Shown here piece after piece: positions 12,211-25,290 of a DNA stretch of 64,000 nt (position 1 is the stretch's first letter; each line of letters opens with the position of its first letter). The stretch lies in the NCBI GenBank assembly GCA_013265495.1, contig MU061579.1:3407319-3471318 (forward strand), in the 5' to 3' direction. This stretch comes from Vicugna vicugna. Lineage: Eukaryota. The notes beneath the pieces were generated by a model that saw only the letters and a list, made by a program, of their open reading frames with translations, did no database searches and had not been told where the DNA came from. A program made the position numbers and the translations under genes.

Positions 12211-13980
12211 AGTTCAATAACAAATTTGGAGATGCTGTTTATAATGTCATCCCTCTGTGTAACTTGGTGAGTTAAAACCAAAGAGTAGCCTATGAGGTTC
12301 TGCAATTCTAATAACAGATCTCTGTTAGCCTCACTAAATCCTTGCCAGAGAGCATGGGGACACTTTCGTGTGTTTTAGGAAGTCTATAAATTCCAAAAAG
12401 TTTCAAGACATATTTTGTATAATGGCCTACATATACTTTTATGGGAAAAATCCATATCTCAAAAAATCCATAAGCAATGGTCTGCTTTTTCATTCCATTT
12501 AACCATATAATTGGCTAAAATTAAACAATCACATTAGAAATAATATGCTGGAGTGATTATGAGCAAGAGAGATGCACTTTTATTAACCTTCTTTCTCTGG
12601 GAAAATCCCTTCACTTCTCTGAACATTTATAAAATGGAATTATAATTTTTTTCATATTTCTGAAAATGGCTAATTTCACATTGTAAAAAATACAGAGTTA
12701 ATCTGAGCCACCAAAAACTTAATTCTTTCCTGAAGGCACATTTTACATTTGTGGAGCATATGCTAGCATATTCAGGCCAATCTATTTCTATGCAGAAGTA
12801 ATTTACTACTCACAACCTGAGTGAGTTAATGTTTTCAGATTTTTCCAAGCCTCTTGTCTCCAGGGAATATTTGGCTCAATATACATTTTTCACTAATGTG
12901 GCTTACCTTTTAAAATTTTATTTTATGACCTTAATATGTTGACTTTAGGATGTGCTAGCTATTAAGAAAGGGAGAGCTGGTCACAATTAATAGAAGGGGT
13001 TATGCTTTTAAAATTCCAGTTCCATCCTGTGGATTTTACATTTCATCCTACAATATCGTTCACGGGTAAGCTGATAAGGTAAAACAAAAATATACTTATT
13101 TCACATATGGTGTGCATTAGTTAGTTTCAATATTTAATACGATTTGAGTGGAACAAAAGCCTATTTATTAAACAGCATCAAAGCTCAACGACAAAATGAT
13201 ACTGACATCAAACTCACGTGTTAGGAGTGCATTTTCTTTTTAAAATGTTAGACCCTACAGTTGTGTGTATTAATTTGTTTACCTGTTTGTGTTTTTATAC
13301 TATGACCTCAGAAATTTTCTGAGCCTGATTGTTCATAAAACTTCTGGAATACAATATATGTGACATTAAAAAATGAAAAGAGAATAGTCATTTAAATCCA
13401 CCGCTGTGTATATTCAAGACATTGCTGTATGTCTTTCAATATAAGAAACTAGGGAGATTTTATGGTAGGCGGTTGGGACGGAGTGGGAAGGGTGGGGGGA
13501 GAAAGATGTTGAGGAAAAGAGCAAGTCATCTTTTTGTGCATCATTAATCATATAAAGAGTAATGGCAACAAATAAAGACAGACACAACAGTCAAGTGGCA
13601 GAAATTAAGAAAGCTCAAAAATAACAACAGAAGGGGGAATGTAGGTAAAAAGCAGGAAATAAGAAAGTCTTCGAGTGGAAAAGCTAGGAAAAAGCAAATA
13701 AGGTATTTCTGACTTCTAATAATGATTTCCTCAAGAGCTTGCTAGGTAGAAATACCACATTCTTTTCTGACAAAGACCTTTGCACAGTGGTTTTTTTTTT
13801 TTTTCCACTTTTAATGTCATTTATTTTTTTCTTTCTAATTTTATGAGCAACACATGTTCACTGCAGATAATAAGAAATACGTAAAAGCGTAAAGTAAAAA
13901 ATATCAGTCACTCATATTCCCCACTCTGCAGAGATAACCACCATTAGCATTTTCAGGCTTTTCCTCCCAGTGTCTATATA

Positions 13981-14538
13981 TTTTTAATTGAAATATAATT
14001 GCCCTGAACACTATGTTAGTTCCAGGTGCACAACATAGTGATTTGATATTTCTGTACATTACAAAATGATTACCGTGCTATGTCTAGTTGCCATCTGTCA
14101 CCATACAAACATATTACAACATAATTGACTGTATTCCCCATGTTGGATATTTAATCCCCATGACTCATATTTATTTTGTAACTAGAAGTTTGTACCTCTT
14201 AATCTTTCTACCTATTTCACTTATCCTCCCTACCTCTCTCCTCCTTGGCAAACACCTGCTTTTTCTCTGTATCTATGAGTCTGTTCTGTTTTGTTGTTTG
14301 TTCCTTTATTTTGTTTTTTAGATTCCACATATAAGTGAAATCATATGGTATCTGTCTTTCTCTGTCTTACTAATGCTGCAGTGAACACAGGGGTGTATAT
14401 ATCTTTACAAATTAAAGTTTCTGTTTTCTTCAGAAAAATACCCAGACGTGGGATTGCTGGATCATATGGTAGCTCTATTTTTAATTCTTTTGAGGAAACT
14501 CCGTACTGCTTTCTATAGTGGCTGCACTAATTTACATT
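13981..14538 (-). mobile_element. 5'-truncated L1 3' end (L1MA-like)
   Basis: Antisense 3' UTR/ORF2 end: tttttaattgaaatataatt, tagattccacatataagtgaaatcatatggta, gggattgctggatcatatggtagctctattttt, gtggctgcactaatttacatt. Confidence 0.92.
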
Positions 14539-14819
14539 TAGCAAGGCAAGTGTTGTTTTGTCACTTGCCTTGCACTTTATCGGTGCTGCATCTCTGTCGA
14601 AATTCAAAGAGATATTTAATAATCTAAATATGTCAATGCCATCATCTTTCTACATCAGTTAGCATCATCCCCTGCTCGTAACCTGCCAATGGCTCCTTCA
14701 TGACATTTAACCTGACACCCAGATTTGTTAGCATCCCTTTTAGCTCTCTAAAGTCTAAATAACCTCTTCTCACTCACTCTTTTTAAACAAAAATGAATAT
14801 TTTGCTATTCTTAGAGCTA

Positions 14820-15730
14820 TAAGGGAAGACTTTGCTGTTGAGGACCTCAACAGCCCCCATGACATTGGCAGACTCCCTGCGACATTCACATTGAAGGACC
14901 CAGTAGTGTTTGCACAGATCCCAGCAGTCTGCTCTATGGAGGAAACCAGCAGTTTCTGCCATGGTGGTACAGAATAGCCATCACCCTTCAGAGAGGGAGG
15001 TGCTGATGCACTCCTCCACCTCCCTAGTCCCTCAAGAAGCTGCTGCTGAACCATCACGGAACAAAGGCTAGTAGTCTCTCCAACCCCACACAAGCCCTGG
15101 AACCGGGAGCCATGGTTGATCTGGGGGCATTTGCACTTGAAAGCCTGGCTCTGAGGCCACTCCAGGCACATTCCAGACCCTAGACCCCATCCCTGTCTCC
15201 ATGGCTGCTTCACAAGCTCCTAAAACCCAGCACTGGAGCTACTGACTTCACGGGCTAGCCAGTGTCCCGGGCCTCAGTGTCATATCTCATCGCAGGAGTG
15301 CCCAAAGTCTGGCTCTGCCTCCACGGCTGTTCCACAGGCAATACATCAGACATCTGTGCCACCGTTGCTGCAGGGTGCCCACAGCTGGACACGGTGGCAG
15401 CAGGGATCCCTTCAGCCACATGATCCTCCATGGAGAAAAAGAGATCAGTGGCCCCCAGCAACCTTCACCACCAAAGACCCCAAGAGCACTTACTAGACAC
15501 CTGCAGCCTTTGCTCCTTGAGGATCCCTGCAGTCTTCCCCACTGCTGGCCTCAGCTGACTGAGCTGCATGGAGACTATGCAGCTGAGCTGCTCCTGGAGC
15601 TGAAACTGCCATGGCCCAACCAACTGGCCCCCTCATGCCCACCTGCAAGTAAGGTCTACCCCATCAATACCAGTTCCCAGAGTTCGGACAAGGTAACTGA
15701 CTGCTCCATCCGATGTGCAGACATCAACGC
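14820..15730 (+). mobile_element. GC-rich L1M-type 5' UTR remnant
   Basis: The only long GC-rich island in the window; ends in gactgctccatccgatgtgcagacatcaacgc, which resembles the pre-ORF1 end of old L1M 5' UTRs as I recall them; abuts L1 ORF2. Confidence 0.7.
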
Positions 15731-18620
15731 TAGTCTGCCCAAGAAAAAAGATAAAAGATTCATACTGCCATAATCAGGAATGAAAGAGGATACATTCTTA
15801 ACAATTTTACGAGGTGAAAGTATTTTAAAGGAATACTATGGAGAACTCTACATTATAAAATTACGTAACAGATAAAATGGACAAATTCCTAGAAAATTAT
15901 GAGCAGCCAAAAGTTACTCAAGAAGACATGGAGTAGCTGAATAGACCTAGAACAATAAAATAAATTGAATTATTAATTAAAACTTTCTCCCAAAGGAAAG
16001 CTCAGGCCCAGGAAACTTCACTGGTGAATTCAACCAAACATTAAAAAAATTAATTCAATTTTTCACAAACCCTTAAAAATGATAAAGAAAAGAGAATATT
16101 TCCTTACTTATTCTATGAGGTCAGTATTACCTTGATACCAAAACTAGACAAAGATATATACAAAAAATAAAACTAAAGAACAATATTTGTTATAAATGTA
16201 GTTAAAAATTCCTTCACAAAATAGTTGCAAACCAAATCCAGCAATATATTAAAAGGGTTACACATCAAGGCCAAGTAGGATTTATCTCAGGAATGCAACG
16301 TAGGGTTTAAAATCTGAATATTAATTATTATAATACACCACATCAACAGAATAAAAGAGAAAATCATATGATCATCTAAATAGACATAGAAAAAGCATTT
16401 GACATATCCAACACGCTTTCACAGAAAAAAACAAAAAAACAAAACACAAAAAACCTCAGCAAGCTAGGAATAGGAGATCTCCTCAATTGATAAAGGGTAT
16501 CTAAGAAAAGTTCACAGCTAACATCATACTTAATGGTCAAAGACAGAATGCTTTCCCCTTATGAGCAGAAACAATACAAAATTTTATGCTCTACCCCTTC
16601 CATGCAACATTTTACTGAAGATTCTAACCAGAGAAATGAGACAAGATAAAAAAAAAATTAAGCATCTAGTTTGGAAAGGAAGAGGTGAAACCATCTCTAC
16701 CTGCAGATGATACGAGTTTACGATAAAAAATCTGAATGAAGCCACATAAAACTATTAGAACTAATAAACTAGTTCTATAAGATATTAGGACACAAGATCA
16801 ATAGACAAGATTGAATTTTATTTCACACTAGCACTGAAAATCTGAAAACTGTATTTAAAAAAACTATTCAATTTATTATGGCATCAAAAAGAATAAAATA
16901 CTTAGTGACATATTGAACAAATAATTGCAAAACTTATACTCTAAAATTTATAAAAGATTGCTGAAAGAAACTAAAGATCTAAATAAATGGAGAAGACAAC
17001 CTCTGTTTATGGATCAGAGGCTTATAATAGTAAGAAGACAAAATTCCATAAATTGATCTGAAGGCTTAATCCAACCTCTATGAAAATGTCACATGGCTTC
17101 TTTGTATATTTGACAAGCTGATCCTAAAATTGATATGAAAATTAAATGGATCCTTATTAGCTAAAATATCTTGTAAAAAAGAATGATACAGATACTTACA
17201 TTTCCCAACTTCAAAATTTACTTCAAGCTATAATAAGTAAAGAATGACACTAGTTTAAGTATAGTCATACAGATTAGTAGATTAGAATTGATAATCATGA
17301 AATAAACCTCAAGTTTATGGTCAATGGACTTTTGACAAAGGTGGTAAGACAATTAAATGGGAGGAAGAAGATTAATAGCTCTTTTAACAAATGATGCCAG
17401 GACAACTGGATATACACATACAATAGCCACATTAAATAATTAATTCCATAAAACTGGATGCCTTCCTCATACCATATATAAATTTAAATGAAATTTATCA
17501 TAGTCCTAAATGTAAGAGTTGAAACTTAAAAACTCTTAGAAGAAAATACGGGTAAATTTTTGTGCCCTAGGGTTAGGTCAATGATTTCTTATATACATAT
17601 AACCAAAACTGCAAATGACAAAAGAAGAATAATTAAAATTCAAAAAGGTACCATCAAAAAAGTTTAAAGCCAATGCACAGAATGGAAAAAATATTTACAA
17701 ATGATATCTCTGATAACATTATATTTAGACTATAAAAAGAACACTTAAAATTCAATAATAAAATGATAAATATTCCAAATAAAAGTTGAGCAAAGTATCT
17801 GAATAAACATTTCTCAGAAATACAAATGGCCATATTAAAAGTTGGTCAACATTGTTAGTCAAAAATGGAACGTAAGTAATGAACACAATGAGGGCTTGCA
17901 TCATACCCACTAGGATGACCATAATTTTTTTAAAATTTTTTAAAAATCTACTTACAAATGTTTGTGAGGGTGTGGAGAAACTGGAACACTCACATACTGT
18001 TGCACACAAATTGCTCCCTTTTCCTTGGAAAATAGTTGGCATTTCTTCCAAGTTTAAAAATATAGTTTCCATATGTCTCAGCAATCTCATCCTAGGTATA
18101 TACCTAAGAGTAATGAAGGCATAAATCCACACAATAACTTCTACATGAATGTTTGTGACACTATTCATAATAGTTCCAAAGTGGAAACCACCTAAATGTC
18201 TATCAGCTGATGAACTGATGAACAATATACGGTATATCCATAAAATGGAATATTATTAATCAGTGTAAAGGAATGAAGTACTGATGATATAACATGGATG
18301 AACCTTGGAAACATTCTAAGTGAAATAAGCCAGCCACAAACATCACATATTGTCCAATTCTTTTTACAATTCACATCTTCTTTTAATATCCAGAATAGGA
18401 AAATTCATAGAAATAAAAAATTATTATGCCTTGAGGAGTTGGTGGTAAATGGAGAGTGACTGCTAAGGATATGTGTTTTTGTATGGAGTGATGAACATGT
18501 TCTAAAATTTATTAAGGTGATTGTTTTAATTCTGGAAAACAATTTGATGATAAACTAAATTGGTGAGTTGTATGATACATAAATTATATCTCAATATAAC
18601 TGTTATATAATTTTAAAAAG
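15729..18620 (+). mobile_element. L1 (L1MB-like) ORF2 RT/C-terminal region plus 3' UTR, degenerate
   Basis: Continuous ORF2-like text (ggcccaggaaacttcactggtgaattcaaccaaacatt; ttctatgaggtcagtattaccttgatacc; gcagatgat, the ADD motif, at ~16703); 3' end gagtgactgctaa...aattatatctcaatataactgtt plus A-rich tail. Confidence 0.95.
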
Positions 18621-19372
18621 AACACCCTAGTGAAAAGAAAGAGTAGAAGAATTATCTAAAATAGAAACTAATTAAATTGTTAGGTTTTTTGCTATAAAAC
18701 ATTGACTAGTGATTCCCTACAGGGAAGCTAGAAGCATATGGAATGTTTGGGCAATTCTTATTCTTATCACAATGCATATTTGGTTTTTTAAAGTCTTGGG
18801 CTATGTTTTATTTTTGCCTGAATTGTCCATACAAGAATTTCTAGTCATATTTTTTACAAAATGCACCATCTTCCCTGAAAACAATTTAGGCTAACAAACG
18901 CATACAGTTAGATAGGTGCAATATGCTTAAAACATATGTTCATTTTTACATCTTAGATTTCTATTTGGACTTTATAAATGTTCAGACTCTTTCAAATTCT
19001 AACTTATTATTTGAATATTCTAAGGGATTTGTAAGCAACTCTAATATTTTTTAGTAACTATGTGATTCTGCAGAAACTAATTAAACACCTGTGAACATTA
19101 CTTAAGCTATACAAATTATACTAGAAACCTGTATAAACTCTCTTAGAATTAACATCACAGTAGAATCAATGAGAACAAAACAAATGAGCTAGAATAAAAA
19201 TAAAATCAGAAATATGGAAACACAGTTCATTGCATTATCTGAAGTTTGAAAATAAAGCTACATGTCTAAACATATGATCTCATAATCAATTAAAATATTT
19301 ACACATAACAAAATATACAGAATGGAAACAAATAGAAGTTTGGTGCTAAAGACAATCTCAGAATTAATCAAT

Positions 19373-20362
19373 ATGCAGTTGTTTTGCATAGTAGTATGGG
19401 ACTCTAAAAATGACGGTGAAAGCTAAAATTATGGAAAATGATCTAATTAATCAGTGTGAAAAATTATAATTGTTCCATCATCTATTAAAATTTTCAAAAT
19501 AATAATAAATGTAAAAGAAAATGAAAAACAGAATTAATATTTATTTGATACACTGTTATCTAAAACATGTTACTTATTTAAAAATATACACATCAAGAAT
19601 TATTTGAACAATGCTTGCCTTCTTTTTATCATGTAACTTTTAACATGGAGTGACCATCTTTTCAATGACTCAGCAGATTGTCTTATTCCTTTCTAAATTT
19701 GTATTGGCTACCCATATTATAATCCTTTGTACTTTCAATGTCGTGAAGTATCTCTGACACTTTGATGTAAAATAGTTTGCTGGCGTCACTTTCTCTAGTA
19801 CACCTTTATCTTTTTTGTTGCAATCACTTTCCTCATTTTTGTTGGTAAGTCTACTTTCACTATGTTCCTCTAGGGTGTCTAGAAAGGCCAACCCTATCAA
19901 CATTTCCAAGGTCAGGCATTTTCTCTATAACTCCATTTATGTTTTAATTATAATTTCTCATTCATGTTATCACTTTTCTTTTCTTGACCACACTTTCAAC
20001 TTCATCAATTACCACTTGAATTATCTATTTTGTAATAAGGGATTTACATTGTCAGATAAGAAACCAGCAAAACTACACACTTCTTGTCTGTGCGTGAACT
20101 GAATAATGGCTGAATAAGGAGCAATCTGACAGACTTGAAAGGAGTGACATGATTTGTTACTGACCATAGTGTACATCTATTATTTATGTAGTTAGTGATT
20201 CACTTGTAGACTGACATAGCAAAGTTTATACTTTATATAATTACTGACCAATAATATACCATGGGAAGTGAAATATGAACCATGTTATTGGGACTGGTGT
20301 TACTTAACTAAACTGTGGTAGCTAAAACGTGTGAATATAGCACTGTAGCAATGTGAGGATGA
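19373..20362 (-). mobile_element. Non-autonomous TcMar-Tigger-type DNA transposon with transposase C-terminal remnant
   Basis: ORF 19670-19909(-) LEEHSESRLTNKNEESDCNKKDKGVLEKVTPANYFT...NLER resembles the acidic C-terminus of Tigger-type transposases; degenerate inverted ends. Subfamily not assigned. Confidence 0.72.
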
Positions 20363-20539
20363 TACTGGACTTCACTTGAGAATTCATTAAAAATTCAGAA
20401 TATTAGATCCCAGACAGGACTTACTAAATCAGAACAACTTAAAAAAGATAACTAGGTTATAAATATGTATGTTGAATAAACTTTGAAAATCAGTAATCTA
20501 GATTAAAAACTATTACTCACTGATTTTTGTTTATAGTAT

Positions 20540-21050
20540 TTTTATTAGAAATTATCCACCTACAAAAGAACTTAATAGAAAATTAGTAATACTTATAAAA
20601 TCACAAGAATTCTTATGATCCCATGCTCCTCTCTCACTTCAAATGTAACCACCATCTTGAAATTTTTATTTAGCCTTTTCATGTTTTTATTTATGTATTT
20701 TAACAAATATATGTCCTTAAAGTATTTTTCAGTAGTCTATTTTCAATTTTATATGAATGAAATCACACTGTTGGTATTTTCATTCACTCGCTTTTTTATT
20801 CACTAGTATGTTCCTGAGATTCATGCATATTAATTGTATTGCTTTACCTCAGCTCATTTATTTTCACTGTGGGATAAAATTCAATGATATGAATATACCA
20901 GAATTTATTTATTAATTCTCTAGCTAATGCATACTTAAACTCGGTTCAGTTTGGAGCTAGAAGAACATTACTGCTGTTAAACTTCTTGTATGCATCTCTG
21001 GAATGTATGTCTAGAAATTGAAATGGCTATGTCATAAATTATATACATAA
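20540..21050 (-). mobile_element. Ancient L1 (L1ME-like) 3' fragment
   Basis: gtaaccaccatcttga, ttttatatgaatgaaatcacactg, tcctgagattcatgcatatt, gaatataccagaatttatttatt: antisense L1ME 3' UTR motifs. Confidence 0.75.
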
Positions 21051-21454
21051 TATGGCTATAAAAGTTTCTAAATATTTACTCTTACCTTATGTATTAACTT
21101 CATAATGAACTGGTAACAGTACACAGAGTAGTACAAATCTCCACCTATAATTTAAATAGTACTGAATTATAGTGAATTGATTACATTGAATTCACTGGGG
21201 GAAAAATAAACACAAAATATAGTCAATTACAGATTTTTTTTTTCATGCTAGCATTTCATGATTCTTTTCAGCCCAGCCAGCCAATTAGATGGATAATGCA
21301 TTCACAGGCTAGGTTATTTCTATATATTAACTTATTATTTTGCAATTTCAACATTTTTCAGTTGTATGACTATTGCATATCACAAACTGATAAATGCTGA
21401 ATGTGTGTGTGTATGTATATGGCATGGTCTTCATCTCCTCCTAAAACACCAAAG

Positions 21455-21602
21455 AACAAGTAGAGCCATTTACTTAGAAGTTGCCAGCCTGTCTTAACAA
21501 CAAGGAAAAAGCCTAACAGACTGAAAAATCAACAACTCCTTGGATCCACAAGAAAGGTAAGAACACAAGGCAAACTGTTGCCTCCAATGTTAGAGAGACA
21601 AG
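21455..21602 (+). mobile_element. L1MC/MD-type 5'-end fragment
   Basis: acagactgaaaaatcaacaactccttggatccac...cacaaggcaaactgttgcctccaa...agagagaca resembles the recalled L1MC 5' end. Confidence 0.6.
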
Positions 21603-22574
21603 CATTTTCTAATTAATTAGATAATTAATTAGGTAGTAGCAAAATTTCTGAAGTTAAATCTTGAAATTGAATTGAATAATGTCACACTTAGTCCATAAAG
21701 AGAGTCAACAGAGAAAATCTGTTATTTTACCACATGCTATCTATAGTTAACCACAAGCATCTAACTCTCATTGGCCAACAAAAGAATGAGCAAGACTAGG
21801 CAGAGTCCACTTCCATTCATCTTCAATCTGTAGAGCAAAGGCTTATTCAGGCCAGGGTACTACCCATGCAGTGAACAGATAGGTGCATATCTTTATCTCC
21901 CTGGCAGGGAAGACTCAGAGTAGCACGGTGCAGTAGCTTTGTTTAGGACCATGCTGTTTATTTTGGGATAGAAAAAGTACCCTGCTTACTTCTCGCTTCT
22001 CACTGAGCAAAGCACAGCATGGCTTCCCACAGGGTCTTCCTTTTGTGCTGCAAAAGCAAATTCAAAGATGCCTTCTCCAAAGCCCACAAGCACTGAGTCA
22101 GGGAACTTGGAAAGAGGCTCAGAGAGAATGGCAGCTGCTCAGGAGGGAGAGCACAACCATGGTTACACGTGAGCTGTCCAGATGTGGAGTTGATATTGCC
22201 AATCTGAAAGAGACTAGATGACTGGAGTACATGGGAAAAAGGTCCCAAGTTACATTTACTTCTGGGACGGTCTTCTGAACTCACGGTGACAGCAGAATTC
22301 AGTCACTTGTTATCAGTCCCTCGCACACAGTTAGATGACAGCAGTCACCCCATAGTGACCCCCGAAACCCTATGCATAGTGACTTAAATCAGCATACTCA
22401 GTGATACCATGACAAGCACCGAAACCCTCTTTACTGCGATGCAATGCTGTTCTCTGATTTTATGGTGTAACACTATGCACAGAGGGGTCCTGTGATATTT
22501 AGATAACATCATTCCCTTCAATTTGTTGCAAAAGAGTCACTTCAAATACTGAACACCTTAAAAGTCGCAATACT

Positions 22575-22790
22575 GGTTACATAGTGAGCAGTTCCTCACT
22601 GGCTAAGCCCTGTACTAAATATTTTCCAAATATTATTCATGGAATCTTCACAATTCTCTATGAGGTAGTATTATCATTACCTTTTACAGAGAAGGAAACC
22701 AATTGTTTAGAGTTTGGAGGGAATAAAATCCAAGCCTATTATTAGTGATATAGCCTGAGGTTTAATCAAATTTCTTAAACTTTAAGGTTT
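22575..22790 (-). mobile_element. MIR SINE
   Basis: aatcttcacaattctctatgaggtagtattatcattaccttttacagagaaggaaac is the antisense MIR core. Confidence 0.85.
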
Positions 22791-23376
22791 ATTCTCAAGA
22801 ATCAACATGTGATATTGCTTCCTTATATCAACACTGTCACTTTAACTTTAAATGAATGCCTACTTTATTGAAAATTATGTAAAGAGTCTTCCAGACTGCT
22901 AATACTGGATAGACAACCATGGACAACCTCAGTGAATATAATAATAATGAGATACGATGAAGAAATTAGTAAGATTAGAAAAAGCACCCAGGCAATCAAG
23001 CAATAATGATATATAAAATATTTGTAATGAAATATTCTAAGGGCTCAAAAATAAACACTAGTAAATATAGTAAGTTCTACACATAGGTATCACTAATCAT
23101 TAGCTATATGCAATCAATTTCTTCTTTGCAGATGGAAAAAGAAAAATCAGAAATCACAATTTCAATGGAAAATTATAACAGAAGGGAAGTTCAGATCATT
23201 ATCTCTCATACACAAAATTGTAAATTTGGAATTTTTAGTAAATATACTCGGTGCACAGGTATATAAATGCACATTTAACCAGCATTTATTTTTTTCCAGA
23301 ACCTAATAACTTCATCATTATTTTAAACATATCTTGCACTCATAAGTAGACTATGATGTTTTCTTGATTCCTTTTT

Positions 23377-23457
23377 TTTTAATTGTATTTAATTTTAGTT
23401 TTTTTTTTCCTTGGGGGGAGGTAATTAGATTTATTTACTTATTTATTGTTAATGGAG
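23377..23457 (-). mobile_element. 5'-truncated copy of the vic-1-like SINE (tail only)
   Basis: ggggaggtaattagatttatttacttatttattgttaatggag aligns to the 3' part of the SINE at 7783-7843; flanked by a perfect 37-bp direct repeat (23340-23376 and 23458-23494). Confidence 0.9.
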
Positions 23458-24624
23458 TCATAAGTAGACTATGATGTTTTCTTGATTCCTTTTTGTTTCT
23501 TATGCCATTTCTTGAAAAATTCTAGATTTTCTTGCTTCCTATTTCTTTTCTTATTAGTAGCAGGGAAGGAGTAAGTAAAATACACATTAATAACCAAGCT
23601 GAAGTTATAAGCATACTGGGATTTATCAACAGAGACCATATTTCCAACAAGTTGCAAAGCACCTTTTCTGGTATATTTCCTCTAAAACTACTCCTCCCCC
23701 AACTCCATCTCTTCTTTCTTCTCTGTCAAATTTCTTAAAGCTTTTAAAATTCTTATTTTTTCTCTAAGTACCATTCCAAATGCCATCCTCTTCCTACTTA
23801 AAAAATAAAATCTCTCATTATGTATTATTTACGAGCATGTATTTTTCTGTTGTGGCATTGATCGACCTTACTCCACTTTGTCATATATACGTATACACAC
23901 ACACGTACACACACATTTTAGTCTTGCTCTTGCCATCACCTTTAATAAATTGCAAATGGTAAAATATTTTTCTAGGTATCTTATATTCTTAGCAGCATTG
24001 AGTAGAGAAAGAGTATGGGTATATGACAAAGAATAAATTTATAATTTAATTAGGCATTAAAAATTAAAAATGGAAAACACTAACTTTTGGCTATGATATA
24101 CAGTAATATAAAAATAAATTATTTCTCAATTTTAATTTGAATGAAATCCCTTTTTGAGGGTTTTAGCAATGCAATAAACTTTCTTATATTAAAATTTAAA
24201 AGTTCTCGAAGCTGATAATGTACTACTATTAATAGATTGGTCATATAGACTGACTGTAACTCATTATTAATAGCAATGACCACTGTTAAAATGTAACTTT
24301 CTATTCCAAGTATGCTGATCCACATGATACAATAATAGTTTAAGGTTGTCCAATTGTAAGTATAGATTATTTTTATAGGAAACTATGAATAGTGTTTATT
24401 CATCATCAATATTTCCAATTTTTATACCTTTCAAGATGGTGAATCTCTTGACATTCTACATGTCTTCTGAAAAATAGTAAGAAACCTCCCTAACACACTG
24501 AAAATTCAGGAAGAAAAGAAAAAAACAAGTCTCTTTTGATAATGTACAACCAAGAGTGAAGCTGCTATAACATAGATGCAGAGTGCAAATTTATAAAATT
24601 TGTAAAATGTATTTGCTTTTTTTA

Positions 24625-24770
24625 TACCTATATGAGATGATGGATGCTAACTAAACTTATTTTGGTAATCATTTTACAATACATGTAAATCAAGTCATTA
24701 TGATATATACCTTAAACTTATACAGTGCTGTACGTCAATTATATCTCAAAAAATTTGAAAGAGAAAAAAA
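24625..24770 (+). mobile_element. Short L1 3'-terminal fragment (L1MA/MB-like)
   Basis: gatgatggatgctaactaaacttattttggtaatcattttacaata...accttaaacttatacagtgctgtacgtcaattatatctcaa plus A-rich tail. Confidence 0.88.
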
Positions 24771-24829
24771 GCATTATCTAATTGTATCTTCAGAATCCCA
24801 CAGATAATATTGAATAAAAATTATTCTTT

Positions 24830-25290
24830 AAAAAATTTAACAAATGAGGAAAGACACCATCATAAGTAGAAGTCAGTAAAGACACAGAAGAGTCCAGTAA
24901 AATCAATTCTTAGGTTTAACAGTTACAGATATAAAATATCTCCACATATTAGTTTTTAAAATAAAAAACATAAAAATAAGCAGGAAATAAAATATCAAAA
25001 GGAAGAAAGTAGATTTTAAAAGTTCCAATAAGTACCTTTAGAAATAAAAAATGATTACTTATTAACAACTAAATAGATATGTTCATAGCATATTAGGCAA
25101 AACTGAAGAATTACTAAACCAGAAAACATAACTAAAGAAATTATGCAGAATTTAGCTCAGAAATATGAGATAAAAAATAGGAAACAGAGATAAGAGAAAC
25201 AAAGAACAGAATTACAAGTGTAACATAAGTTACTATGATTTCACAAGCACAAAAGAGAGCTATTGAGCCAGAGAAAGTATTTGTTATAAT
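24830..25290 (+). mobile_element. Ancient L1/HAL1 ORF1 coiled-coil region remnant
   Basis: Very A-rich; tagaaataaaaaat...attaggcaaaactgaagaa...aagaaattatgcagaat resembles old L1 ORF1. Confidence 0.55.

Noticed and set aside
14770..15773. 147-aa (-) and 132-aa (+) ORFs in the GC-rich island as a gene or CpG-island promoter
   Set aside because: No recognisable protein motif; CpGs are sparse; the sequence resembles an L1 5' UTR, and GC richness alone lowers stop frequency.
17752..18225. 157-aa minus-strand ORF
   Set aside because: Antisense to the L1 ORF2 3' region, a common artefact. The same applies to 10919-11236, 41820-42104 and 57739-58059.
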